From assembly GCA_900088475.1 (NCBI GenBank), contig FLMG01003815.1, positions 1 through 64,000 of the forward strand: a stretch of DNA of 64,000 nucleotides, read 5' to 3'. Positions 28,055 through 39,760 of this stretch are shown here, one piece after another. Positions within the stretch are counted from its first letter, which is position 1, and each line of letters opens with the position of its first letter. Origin of the DNA: Hyphochytrium catenoides. Its lineage: Eukaryota; Protista; Hyphochytriomycota. The position numbers and the translations under genes were made by a program. The notes beneath the pieces were generated by a model. That model worked only from the letters and a program-made list of their open reading frames with translations. It was not told the DNA's origin and ran no database searches.

Positions 28055-28789
28055 ATGAGTGCCAGTGGTGACGGGCGGGATGTCTTGGTCTCCACCCAAG
28101 CAACTCAGCCCATGCTCTCCTCTATCCCCATTCGCAAAGCACCATCACACAAGGCTGACAAGGAAAACAGCAACCCTAATAATCTCGTACTGATGCCTTC
28201 GAAGCTTCCTTCACTCCTAAAGCGGCCCTTGGCTCGAAGTGCTTTTGTCACCTCAGCTGCCTCGCTAGACGACTCAGACCACCTTTTACAAGAGCATTCA
28301 GCTGACGCAGACGGAGTTGAAGCAAATGCCTATTCACAAACGGAAGAGGCTGAGAGCTCGGAGGAAACCTTATTAGCGCTGACTGATGAAGATCTACAAG
28401 CAGGAGATAGCCAAGATGCTGCCCTTCAGAGTTCTGTGGATGGCTCTGTATATGAAAATGCCAAGCTAAAGCTGCGGCTCGATTACTTATCAAGGGAGCG
28501 GGATTTCCTCTTTCAGAGGCTCCAAGATATAGAACAAGCTGTTCTAGGTTTCAGGTCGGAATTCCCAGCAGAGGGGGACTGGAGGCATGCCTTGTGCGAA
28601 GATGTGCTCCAAATTCTGTATGTAGTCGATGATGAGCCTAGCAATCAGGATGATAGTGGCCTACCGCAAGAGTTAGTTGAGGAAGATCAAGCTGACGAAG
28701 ACGAGTCAACTCAGGACCCGTCTCAGTCATGGCCAGAAGCAATAGTGCAGGGGGAGTTGCCAGAGCTGCCTGACGATACTATCCTCTAG
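28055..28789 (+). CDS. EB1 C-terminal (EBH) domain protein lacking the calponin-homology domain; intronless
   Basis: ENAKLKLRLDYLSRERDFLFQRLQDIEQ...LCEDVLQILYVVDDE matches the EB1 consensus LKLTVEDLEKERDFYFGKLRNIE...IVDILYATDE. Acidic tail. The disordered N-terminus contains SSIP, SKLP and DKEN. Confidence 0.78.
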   Translation: MSASGDGRDVLVSTQATQPMLSSIPIRKAPSHKADKENSNPNNLVLMPSKLPSLLKRPLARSAFVTSAASLDDSDHLLQEHSADADGVEANAYSQTEEAESSEETLLALTDEDLQAGDSQDAALQSSVDGSVYENAKLKLRLDYLSRERDFLFQRLQDIEQAVLGFRSEFPAEGDWRHALCEDVLQILYVVDDEPSNQDDSGLPQELVEEDQADEDESTQDPSQSWPEAIVQGELPELPDDTIL

Positions 28790-29482
28790 CCTGAATCAAC
28801 CTTGCCCCCCAAAGCGGGGCAAGCCACCTCTTACTCAACTCTGCCTGTGCGTTGCCCGTCATAAGACGCTCGTATGTATGATGCTCCTACTATCTCATTG
28901 CTGTGCTGCCGACACCGGCCATGGGTCGTGGATCCAGGTACTTGCCCCTTGGTGTCCACACTTTACGGGAGTAGATCTTCCAGAGTTCCGTGACCTTTGG
29001 ATATGTAACCTCACCATATCACGCTCTCCCAAGAAAGTCGTGATTAGTCATTGCTACTTGCTTTGTCGTTGTAAAGTCCAGCAATGCGGGTCGGACACGA
29101 CCCATAAATAGCGCATTATTGGATTCTGATCAGTCAAAGATTGGAGGTGATGGATTCTGTCACTTTCTTTTTGCCTCTTCACTTCGTCTCCATGGGCTTT
29201 CCTCCTCCTGTTTGGCCTTCTTCCTGGATGGGGCCAAGACCTTCTGTCATCAGACTCGCCACTACTTGCCCGTCTGCCTGTGTATGATGTGCCGGTAGGC
29301 TAGGCCTCATGGAGTAAGGAGCGGCTGTAAGTGATCTTGCATGGGCACGTGAGCCCGGAAGGCAATAGGAACCGCGAAGTCTACCTTCATAGAGTGGCTG
29401 ACTAGAACTGCTTCTGACGTAGCAGCTCGGGCCCACATATTGATTGCAAGAGCTGTCAAGGGTGCATGCTGGAGTTCAGTCA

Positions 29483-32400
29483 ATGAGGTACCACACTTTG
29501 AAGTTGTCTTCTCTGCAATGTGGGCTCTGTGGCTGTTACTCATATGTTCTGCTTGGAGTCTTAGGAGTCTTACCTTTCCTCCTCTGGCCTTTTCAGCAAG
29601 GGCAAAGTCTTCAAGTTTGGAGGCTCCTCCGTGGGCTCTCCCTCGCGGATGGAGCAGGTCTTGGCGCTCATCCGAAGCTCACAGGTACGCTGTCATTGAG
29701 AATGCTTTCTAGCGGCGCTCGCCATTTAAGGAGCATTTGCACAATTAGGATGAGGTTCTGGGCGTCGTGGTGTCTGCGATGGGCGATACCACGGACTACC
29801 TACTGGCTGCATCTGAGTCGGCTTGGCAGGGAGATTTGGAAGGTAGCTTTGAGTGGGTTGATAAGCTTGAAGCTAACGCCGTCAGGAATGTCTGCGACTG
29901 CAATGGTAAGAGGAAAGGGCTAATCAGACGTTGAAGAGGTGGTAGGGAATCTTCAGTCGGCATATTTCCGGTCTATGAAAGATCTACTCAGACCGAGTAG
30001 GCGAGCAGAACGGCAGTAAGAAAGTTGGCAGGCCGGATGGCAGATGAGACAGATAGAAGAAGGGGACCATATCTCATGCGAGCTAAGATCCGTCACAGTG
30101 GCTCGTCCGCTGGAGAGGCAAGAAAGCGAAACCAGAGTCAAGCAGTTCTTCCAACCCCTTCGAGAAATTTTGCGCGGCATCTTCTACCTGAGGGAGCAGA
30201 CAGCTCAGGCCCTGGATAAGGTGATGGCTTTTGGAGAAAGGCTAAGCGCGAGCCTAATAGCGGTAAGGGGTAGGAAACCAGTGCGACCCTGGAATGGATG
30301 CCCGGACAGTGTTATTTATCATAGAACGCGGGTGCCTGACCTCTGTCTGTCTCGGTCGTCATGTCCTTTCGTCGCGTTCCTTCATTGGCATCCCCAGGTT
30401 TGACGTTCCACACAGACCTAACCCGCTTTGGTAGGAACTGCTATCGGCCAATGGCGTCCCTGCGGTGTACGTGGATGCTCAAGAATGGGTCACAACTGAC
30501 GAGACATTCGGGTCTGAACTTCTTGTTCTCTTCCGGATTTCTCCTTTTTCAAAGAGTACCGTCTTAGCTCCGTCTCAGTCTAGCTTGCTTCCACTCCGCT
30601 GTTTAGCTGATTCTACCTCCGCCCTCGCACAGCCGGGCGGATGTAGATTTTCCTACTTCAAGGATGAAGCTGCTCCAACTTGCAAGCTCTTGGGAGGGGA
30701 GGATTCCAATCATTACTGGCTTCATAGGCAGATCAAAGGGTGGAAAGACTACGACACTGGGGAGAAATGGCTCAGATTACACTGCTACACTGGTAGCAGC
30801 TTCTTTGCAGGTTCGAGGGGAGGCTTCTAGCTGCGTCGACACCCGCTTAGTTCTTTCCCTCTTCCTCTTCCTTTAAACTAGGCGTCAATGGTAGTCATCA
30901 ACACCGATATTTCAGGAGTGATGACGGCAGACCCTGGTATCGTGGACAATGTACTCCCAGGTATCTATTGGGATGACTTTAAAATCTAGGTGGTAGCTAA
31001 ACGGGCCGCGCACTTGCTGAGTAGTCCAGGAGCTAACCTACAAGGAGGCAGTGGAGCTTGCTATCTATGGTACAGGAATTTTTCATGCTCGAACCATGTT
31101 GCCACTGATAGACTCTGGTAAGCTTGCGATGGCTCTTGTGGCCCTTGCCTCTGACCTACACCTACTAGGCTCCGGTGGCGCCCATCTTTTGCCAAGCTTG
31201 CTTTCCCATGCCAGCCTCCGCGTCGTTGCCCTATTTCAGTTGCCCACTGCTTAGCGTTTTCCGGTCTCTTTCTGTAACATCTGTCAATCATCCGCCAATG
31301 CAGGCATCCCTATGTTGATAAGAAACACGATGAACCCTGAAGGGCCGGGCACCCTCATCGTTTACGAGGTCTCTAGTGCTGACAGAGTCACGTGCATAAC
31401 GTCGCTTGAGAATCTTGCGATGTTTGAGGTATCGTCCAAGCGACAGCTTCGACTTAAATGCCATAATATTCTGACGCGTTCGACTGTGCGCTCGAGCACT
31501 CAGCGACTTTGATAAGATTCTTTCATTGCGGAGTTTCCCGACCCTTGCGCTCACAACTGCCGATTGTCCGTGCTTCCTCTCAGGACAGTCGCCTACTATT
31601 TGCTCTGCTTGTTAATCCGCGGTTGCCCACCCATGCATCACCTGACCCTTTCTCTTGGGCTCTGTCGCCCCTATCGCTGCGATTCGTCATCGGCAGGTCC
31701 GCCCACATGTCTTTCTGGATAACTCTCGCCATCTTCTTGGAGAACTGTCAGGCCGCGTGACACGGTGCCTGGGACAGCGGGGAATCGAGATTTGGTCTGC
31801 CATGACTGCTGCCCACGGTCAGGCCATTTCAGTGGTTGTGTCTGGAGATCCAGAGGTAGGACCGTCTATTCCTCTTCAACTTCAGACTTTGTACACAGCT
31901 TAATATGAGGACAACAATGGCTTCCTTTATGTCGTTCGTCAGTTTCCTCACAGTTTCCTAGTTTGCACTCACCTTCAATTATCTTGTATCCGGATTGACA
32001 ACTTCACTTTTTACTTACACCAGGAGGCGGAGGAGTCTCTGAAGGCAGAGTTTAAGAAGGAAGTGGCAGGCGGAATTTTGGAGGGCATCGTACCGTCTTC
32101 GCCAGTTACTCTACTTTCCGTCGTAGGGGATAACATAAGAGACCGAACGGACGTTTGTGCGCGCTTCTTTGGAGCCCTGAAAATGGTTCGTGTCGTCTGA
32201 GATATGTAAAATGGCTTATCTACGTCCTGTGCCTCTTACTTGCGTGACGCAGACCCCTATTCCCATGGCCTTCTCACCTGTCTAATGTGTGATCTCGTCT
32301 CTCTTTTTTTTCACTAATAATAATCACCGTTAACGAAAGGCTGGAGTACCTGTGCTAGCAGTGTCTCAAGGCCCGAGCTCGAGAACATTATCCTGCGTTA

Positions 32401-35251
32401 TCGCCGCTGAATTTACGAAGGTAGATGGAGTTCGTAAGCTTGCCAGCTAAGACTAGCATATCCCTCACACACTAACGGATTCTGGATGCTAATACTGCCC
32501 TTACTCAACACTAACTTCTTCCTTTGACAATGCATATCTAGCTTGGCGTAAGGGCTGTTCATGATGCCTTTAATCTTTCGCATCAGATCCTGAATGTCGC
32601 TATTCTTGGAGAGACGCCGGTATCTTTTCCGTACAAATGTTTTCTTACTAACTTGTGAGGTCGGTCTGAACTTGCTCGTAAAGACAGCGAAGGAACTGCA
32701 GCGACAGATCCAAGAACAAGAGACCGACCTCTTAAGAGAAGAGCTTGCCCTCATCATTAGCATTGTGGGCTGGTCCACCGCAGAAGGGTTCAGGTACAAA
32801 TTGTCAAACAACATCCAGTCCTCCATTAGCCTTTAGTTGCTCCCCCTAGTATCGCTCTCTAGGTGTAGTTGGGACATTATTACTGGGCACTCCATCTATA
32901 TGTCTTGTTGGATTGGCCGAGGGCCACTATGCGCGAGCGACCATTATAGCCCTGCTTGCCTTAGACACCATTATAGCTCTGCTTGTCTTAGACTGTGTCT
33001 CAAGCGAACTCACCCTTCTTGACTGCAGGCTTCAGGGGAAACTTCACGGTTCGGGTTTAAAGGGCAATAAGTCTGGCCTGCCCTCTGAGGAACAATTAGA
33101 TCAGCTCAAGGTGCTAATAGTCTTTCTGCTCTTCCGTTCTCTGCTTCTCACTTGCCTAGCTGAGGGCAATGTGCGGCTTCGTTTGCGGCACCGAACCCAT
33201 GAAGCCATAGCTGGCGTCCTTTTCGAAACTGTACTGATCCAAGACAAATCTAAGTAACTTCCTACGCTTATATTGCTTAGGAAATGCGAGTTCCCATTTT
33301 AGTCGACACCATTCCAGCGGGGATAGAGGGCCGCGATTCGCTTTATCAGAAGTGCTTTGAGAGGGGTATCAGGGTACGTGTCATGACGATGTATAGTAGG
33401 CAGGAGGCAGGTCAACATATCCTGTTGGGTAATGTCTAATGATCTTATCTCTGGCAGGTCATCTCGACCAACGCAGGAGCAGTAGCGTCCCTCATGCCAT
33501 CACATTCTCCTAGCCTGGTTAGTAAGACTTACCTTTTTTGGCCGGCCTTCCGCGGAATATCCCTTGACGATATCACTAATGCCCCGGTTTGGCTACAGCT
33601 TTCAGAGACGTCTACTAGGCTTGCATTTCTTTGCAACTCGGCTGTCGCAGCCAACCTACCTGTCTTAGATACGTTGGCCTCCTTGCTAAAGACTGGGGAC
33701 AGATTGCTTAAGATAGAGTGCGCCGCTAGCGGGTCATTGGGGTAGGTACCACTAAGCGGATAAGTGGGACAAGTGGAGCTGAGACGCAGAGGAACAATAG
33801 TGGGGCGAAAGGACAGGGGCACTGTACTGGGAACCACCCAATAAGAAAGTAGTTCCTGACAATCAGCTCTCACTGGGCCCTAGATTCATATGCGATCGAC
33901 TTGCTCAAGGCGAGTCATTGTTCAGCGCTGTAAGCAAGGCGCTCTCGATGGTAAGAGCACCTCAATACCAGCTTCTCTTAAGTTGCCATAGTTCGTGCTG
34001 GAAGTGTATCCTTACTTTGGACGCATGATATGGCCATGACCGCTTGTCTCTCCTTCTTTACTAGGGTTATATGGAAGAGGATCCCCGAGATGATCTCTCA
34101 GGATTGGATTCTGCTCGCAAGCTGGTGACTCTTGCCCGCTCCTTGGGTCTACCGCTAAATCTGGAAGATGTACAAGTAAGGGGTCAAATAACTGATTGAC
34201 TTGTCTTTCTATGTTCTATACCCTTGTCTCACCTGCTCAAGGTTAACTGATACTGGTCCTGTGCAGAGGACACCGTTCCTCCCTCAAGCCTTTCTAGACT
34301 CCACTTCTTCACTAGAAGGGCTCTTGGAGGTAAGATGAGTGTTGAGCTTTTCGCCTGCTCGTCTTTCATTGCTAATGTCTCTCTGTCTGCTTTCAACCTT
34401 TGCCGGCTCGAACGGATTTAATATAGGGAATACAGTCCAAAGAAGCCGTGTTGATCAAAAGCTTGGGACAAAGCTGCGGTAAAATCAATCAAACTCAAGC
34501 TTAATTAAGAGGGGACCATGTCATAGGACGATGGGATGATGGGGGAGTGGCGAGGGAGGAGCATGGAAAAAGAGGCAGGAAGGCCAATGCTAATCGAGCA
34601 CGATTGGGTTGCAGGCAATGATAGAACGAGTAAGCTACTGGTGGACACCTAGCCAACTTGCTATTCAGGCGGTCGAGTTCGCTATATCGGCGAGATCTCC
34701 TTAGACGAGCATATAGCGTACACAGCCGGCGGCAGTGAATGCGGAGTCATGAAGCTACTTGGAGTGGCGTCTTTAGCAGTGGCTCCGAAGATTGTTAATG
34801 AGCAGCACCCTGCCTACTCTCTGCATTCAAACGTAAGCCTAAGACCGCAGGGAGACTCAAGAAGCGCTAGTGCACAAATAAGCTAATGTTGCTTCGTAGG
34901 AGATCATGTTTTCGTTCACTACGCAGCGATACAAGGTACGCTTTACGGGTGCTGACATAGTTCAAAATGCAGTCGATAGGGAAGATGTGTTCTGACGAGA
35001 AATGAGGAGTTTCGAAGCAGGAAGAGACCTGCTTCTGAAGGGACAGCAGTATGAGGAGGAGAAGTTAGTGATTCCTCTTTAGCTCCTTCATGGGCGGCTG
35101 GCCTGACATCTTCCAATTCTTGGCGACTAATGGACACCTGTCTTAGCTACCTCTTGTGCTCCACGGAGAGGGCACTGGGGATATGGCCAGTGCTGCAGGA
35201 GCATTCAGGGATATTCTCAAGATCTCTCAAGCACTACATGGTCGCACATAA
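29483..35251 (+). CDS. Bifunctional aspartokinase-homoserine dehydrogenase (AK-ACT-ACT-HSDH), multi-exon; HSDH partly degenerate
   Basis: MS|[72 protein letters not shown] repeats, [28 protein letters not shown] and [25 protein letters not shown]. The start codon is inferred. Confidence 0.9.
32940..32993. repeat. 27-bp tandem duplication (2 mismatches) inside an AK-HSDH intron
   Basis: accattatagccctgcttgccttagac / accattatagctctgcttgtcttagac. Confidence 0.93.
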
Positions 35252-35483
35252 GAGAATAGCCATTCTTCGGCGGGCCTTGGCAGCCCATATTGGGCACCCA
35301 AAGTGCATTGTTTGTAGGGTCCTCCATACTCATTGATTGGCCAAAGGAACAATAATTACTTGCTGCAGATTGAGCATTAGAGGTGGGTAAGCGGTGCGTC
35401 CGTGAGACGACATCGGGCTTATGATTCTATTATTGTGTGTAATGCAAATAGACAGGCGCTGAACTGAACCGCGCTGAAGGTTT

Positions 35484-37487
35484 TTAGATATCTCGATCTT
35501 CTCGCCAGAATGGGTCTTTATAGCCACAGTCACCATAGTTTCCAAGCCCACCCCTCCCATCACTACCTGCAAAGCCGACAAAGCAAGTGCATCGTCCGTT
35601 CTCATGATTGCATATTCCTCGATTTGAGCATGGCGCCATTTCTTTTGTGCCTTCCTGTAACTGTATGATGGACAGCTCCAAGTCTCCGGGAGGACTGGCA
35701 AGAGCAAGAATAGAAGGTAAAGGCCCATGCACGGTCCTGAAGTGGATTGTTATCACATTCGACCCATCAGCAGTACAGGCAGTGCCTCTTGTTGGTGAAA
35801 AGGTAACCGTAACCTTGCCAATACTGGGTAGCAGCTCTAGTTGTGTCTGTACATATAAGGCGCTTGCATCGAAGGGCATAAAGCCCGTCCTATGGTCACG
35901 GAAGGACAACATGAAGCTTCCTTCTGTGCCTGTGCAAGTTATCTGCTGTATTTCATCCACTTGGCCGTCTGTAAGCGGATCATCGCCCATCGGACAGCTT
36001 CTAAGCGAGCAGTCATGGCCCTCCCAACCAGGGTCACACTTGCAGCCCTGAACCTTGTCGAAGTCCCAGGTTTGTGGAGTGTTGGGCGTTGAACCATAAG
36101 TGAAGCCAGCTGTCACTCCGTTGACTTGAGCCGCTTGAGCAAGCAGTTCCATGGTAAGACATTGGCCATGTCCACTGCAAGCTGGTGTGCCGGGGCACTT
36201 CAAGCGCTCGCAGGCACCGCCTTCAAAGTTTGGAGAGCATTGACATTCTCCCGTATCACGATTACACAGCCCCATGTTGGAGCACTCTGCATAGTTATGT
36301 GCATGGTTCTCTGCTACCGGGAGATCAAACCAGGCCTTACCAACCGGGCAGCTCCTCAAGCTGCAGTCACCACCATGCCAGCCAACGGGGCATACGCAGA
36401 CGTGGCTAGGACCCTCAGGGCAGTAGCCACGTCCGCTGCATGGAGGCGAGCCAGGACATGTAACAAAGTTAGACGTTGCGAAGCCACAGTCTCCCCTCTG
36501 ACCGATCTTTCCGTAGCCGTCGCTGGTGTCAAAGTTATCGAAGCACCTGCAGACACCTGTTTGATAGTCACACTTACCCCGCCTTGAGCAAGGCTCATCC
36601 TCTTTCGTTCCCTTCACCACCTCTCGGATCCTAAGCTGCGGTTCCGCCTGTGATGCGCCGTTGACCAGCTTGGAGGTACCCACAAGCAGTGGGAGGTCCC
36701 CAAAGTCCTGAAGAAACTCGATAAAGGACGTCGTTCCCTGTGCAGAGCAGAGTTGTCCATTTGGCGCGTTGATGCTAACACTCACACCATGAAGTGTAGG
36801 CAGAGCGTTTAGTTTTTTCATCAACAACTGCGCAGTATCATCGGCGTTGATGTGCTCAGTCGTCTCCTTTCGGAAGCTTAACATTAAATAACCAGATGTC
36901 GCTTGGCAAAACAACTCCATCCGGTGGTTTGCCTGTCCTGTTGTCAGGGGGTCGTCTCCTGATGGACAGAGGCGGAGGGAACAGTCGTATCCGCCATACC
37001 CCCGGTCGCAAATGCAGCCGTAGATCTTATCACTGTCCCAGTTGGAGCCATACTGATGGACAATCCCGAGGCCCGGATCCTTTTGAGCGGCAGCGTAAGA
37101 GAATGGTTTACAGGCTCCATGGCCGCTGCAGCGATTGGGGCAAGAAAGTCTCTGGCAAGCATCACCTTCGAAGCCTTCATCACATTGGCAGACTCCCGTT
37201 TCTTTGACGCAGCGTCCCCTATTAGAGCACTCTGCGTACCCATGCGCGACATCGATCTCCGTAGCATAGTCAGCCCAGGCTATGCCCTTTGGACAAGTGC
37301 GCAGGGAGCAGTCTGGGGCTCCGTCGTATGTCTCTTCGCACTGGCAAACCAGGTTCGCCTGAGGACATGCTCCATTTCCGGAGCAATCATTCGGGCAAGT
37401 CTCGCTAGCAGCATCAAGTATGTGGGAGAGGATAAGGGTACAGAGAAGAAGGACCCACTGCCCGCACCATCGAGATGAGAGGACCAT
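35484..37487 (-). CDS. Secreted EGF-like (tenascin/teneurin-type) Cys-rich protein, mastigoneme/Sig1-like family; single exon, two tandem modules
   Basis: Likely start MVLSSRWCGQWVLLLCTLILSHILDAA (signal peptide) at 37487. Repeated AECSNRG.C...TG.CQC...FEG.AC.RL.CP, DCSLR.CP.GDDPLT.GQ and GTKE..PCS.RG.C motifs, each present twice. Confidence 0.85.
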   Translation of the reverse strand: MVLSSRWCGQWVLLLCTLILSHILDAASETCPNDCSGNGACPQANLVCQCEETYDGAPDCSLRTCPKGIAWADYATEIDVAHGYAECSNRGRCVKETGVCQCDEGFEGDACQRLSCPNRCSGHGACKPFSYAAAQKDPGLGIVHQYGSNWDSDKIYGCICDRGYGGYDCSLRLCPSGDDPLTTGQANHRMELFCQATSGYLMLSFRKETTEHINADDTAQLLMKKLNALPTLHGVSVSINAPNGQLCSAQGTTSFIEFLQDFGDLPLLVGTSKLVNGASQAEPQLRIREVVKGTKEDEPCSRRGKCDYQTGVCRCFDNFDTSDGYGKIGQRGDCGFATSNFVTCPGSPPCSGRGYCPEGPSHVCVCPVGWHGGDCSLRSCPVGKAWFDLPVAENHAHNYAECSNMGLCNRDTGECQCSPNFEGGACERLKCPGTPACSGHGQCLTMELLAQAAQVNGVTAGFTYGSTPNTPQTWDFDKVQGCKCDPGWEGHDCSLRSCPMGDDPLTDGQVDEIQQITCTGTEGSFMLSFRDHRTGFMPFDASALYVQTQLELLPSIGKVTVTFSPTRGTACTADGSNVITIHFRTVHGPLPSILALASPPGDLELSIIQLQEGTKEMAPCSNRGICNHENGRCTCFVGFAGSDGRGGLGNYGDCGYKDPFWREDRDI

Positions 37488-37940
37488 AGCAATAACGTCG
37501 GGTTTGTAAACGTCTCGTTGCACTGGTAGCAACCAATTCCCGCTCTTGAAAAGCCAGCGACTATGCAGTGCTCTTGACGTAGCAGCACCGTCACAAAGTT
37601 CCCCGCATGCCCAAAGAAGAGCGTAAGTATGAGACAACTCAGCTTCTTTGGCAGCCTCCGCAAGCACTAGCAGGGTCAACAGAAACCCAATGCACCATGC
37701 GTTCTTGTCCTATGACCTCTAGCATCTTTATTATCATGGAGCATATTCATTACCTTTACCGAGGACGCGGCGTTTCACTTGATTCCTCAAGAACTAATTC
37801 TATCGTACGAATTACAATAGCTAGCTTCGGGTATTCTCTGCTAGATGCGGTCGTAATATCATGCAGCTCTGCTGATATGCAGTTCAACCTTGAGTTTCGG
37901 CTCGATATGGTTGTCGTCACGGTTATTCTGGGGGACTCTG

Positions 37941-38186
37941 GTACATGCGCTACTTGTACCGTTTTACACTTGTACGAGTAACAGTAGTATGTGTACTTGC
38001 TTTCCAACTTCCAACTAACAAGTAGTACTTGTACAGTAAATAAACTATCCCCCTCGCCCTTGTACTTGGGTTATTAGTACTTGTCTTCTTCCAAGTACTA
38101 GGAAGTACAGTGATTACTATACAAATGGGAACTGTGTATACTAATTACTCGAGTTCTACAAAAGCTTCTACAGTACTTCTACTTGG
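37941..38186. promoter_or_regulatory. Cluster of GTAC/TACTTG motifs upstream of the EGF gene
   Basis: About 10 GTAC and about 6 TACTTG occurrences in roughly 245 bp (e.g. agtagtacttgtacag, cttgtacttg). A regulatory role is inference only. Confidence 0.35.
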
Positions 38187-39179
38187 TCCGCGGCTTGAAG
38201 TTGCAGAAGAATGGTGTGTCGGGTGTGACTCTGCCTGCTGCTGCTGTGCTGCTGCCATCGACCAGCACCTTTGAATGTCGAGCAGCAGCACATTGGGAAC
38301 GGGGTTCTATAATATTGCGAGAAGTCTGAGAAGTGAAGGGGGCCGGCTCTTCTGCTGATCGGTACGCCGCTTGTTGAGTGCGTGACACTCTGACGCTCCT
38401 TGAGGAAGGTTTTACTCTTGCCAAGGACCTTTTGAAGAACCGCACGAGGAGCCTATTCCCTCCTCGTAATCTTGCTGCTTGAGTGGCAGACACTTCTTAT
38501 TACTATTCCCGGGTTATACATTATGCTGGGCTGCACTGTTGTTAGAGATACTGCTGGTGATGACTTCAGCTTTCTAGTCGCACGCCTCTTCTATCTTTTA
38601 CATGCATGTAGTCATTAAAGCTAAGTGGGAGAGGATATGGTTTTAAGGCAAGTCCGTCGTCGTGGTTGTCTATGACTTAAGAAGCATTTGAGAGGAGGGT
38701 GACCTTTTTTCACCTCAAAAGATATCCTGTTATTAGTCAGTTACGCACCGTGGACTTAACCTCTCGCAGATCTGCGACCACGGACAATGTCTCTTACTCT
38801 AGTCAAGACGATCTGTCAAGGAATAAAGACATGGGATCTGCATCACCTGGCAGTAGCGGCGGCCATCATCGCTACTAGGGCGGTAGTGGCGAAACGTAGT
38901 GCGAGTGCCTACCTACTCCAAGCGGCGGTGGGCAAGCGTCCTTTGATGGTACAATTAGAACAGAGTTACTTTATATTGAAATCATCACTGAGTCCAACAA
39001 CTTTTTCACTTACTGACTATGTCTCCATGACACCCACCAAGTTTGCCTTTCACATCAATCTGCCGAGTGGTGATGGCGCAGTTAATTGTTCGAAATAGTG
39101 AGTCGAAGGCGCAGCTGTTGGCAGGCAAATCTTCAGCAGTCGGCCGCCAAGGTTGACTCACAGTAAACATTAGCGAAGA

Positions 39180-39760
39180 CTGATTAGCCCGAAATGCTCA
39201 CCGCTCACCTTTAGGTTCCAAGTGCGTCTTCGTAGATAGAAATCTGAACAAGGAAGAAGCTTCTGTTGTTCTTAAACTGTGAGGGAACATTTCTTTGACT
39301 TTCAACCTACAATTTTTTGATAGCTTTCTTCTCCTCCTTCATCATACTTAGCTCCTCGATCCAGAGATATGCACTGACTCATCCGTCGTAGTTATAAATA
39401 TGGCATGATGGTCAGATTTATCGTCGTCGTAAGTTCTTCTATCATTATAGTGGTATAAGTAACTCCGCTTATAGACGTTGTGAACAGCCATTTACGGTGC
39501 TTTCTTGTAAGGACACTATTACTGATCCAGGCAGATGCTGTCAGCAGGCTGTTACTACTGTTCATACGAGCACCGGCACCAGCATTCAGCTTGTTGTCGC
39601 ATGGACACTGAATCTCAGAAGTCTGGTACGTAAGATTTTGCTGTTCGAAATTTTTCCAAATTGGCGGTGTCATGTTTCCCTTCTTCTTGATCTCCCTTTT
39701 CAACAATCGTGCGTCATGCTTGTGTGCTTCAACCTTTCAGCGCTGAGGAGCAAATAGTTG
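39180..39760 (-). mobile_element. Possible highly degraded pogo/DDE_1-like transposase relic
   Basis: Frameshifted fragments IYNYD.. followed by DRGAKY resemble the I-Y-N-x-D-E first catalytic motif region of pogo-like transposases. Many stops. Confidence 0.22.

Noticed and set aside
28878-29480. Possible small minus-strand gene, or an extra N-terminal domain (e.g. cystathionine gamma-synthase) on AK-HSDH
   Set aside because: No recognisable motifs or consistent splice path, and too little space.
37488-37679. 64-aa N-terminal extension of the 731-aa EGF ORF
   Set aside because: It starts at a non-ATG codon, and the ATG at 37487 gives a proper signal peptide.
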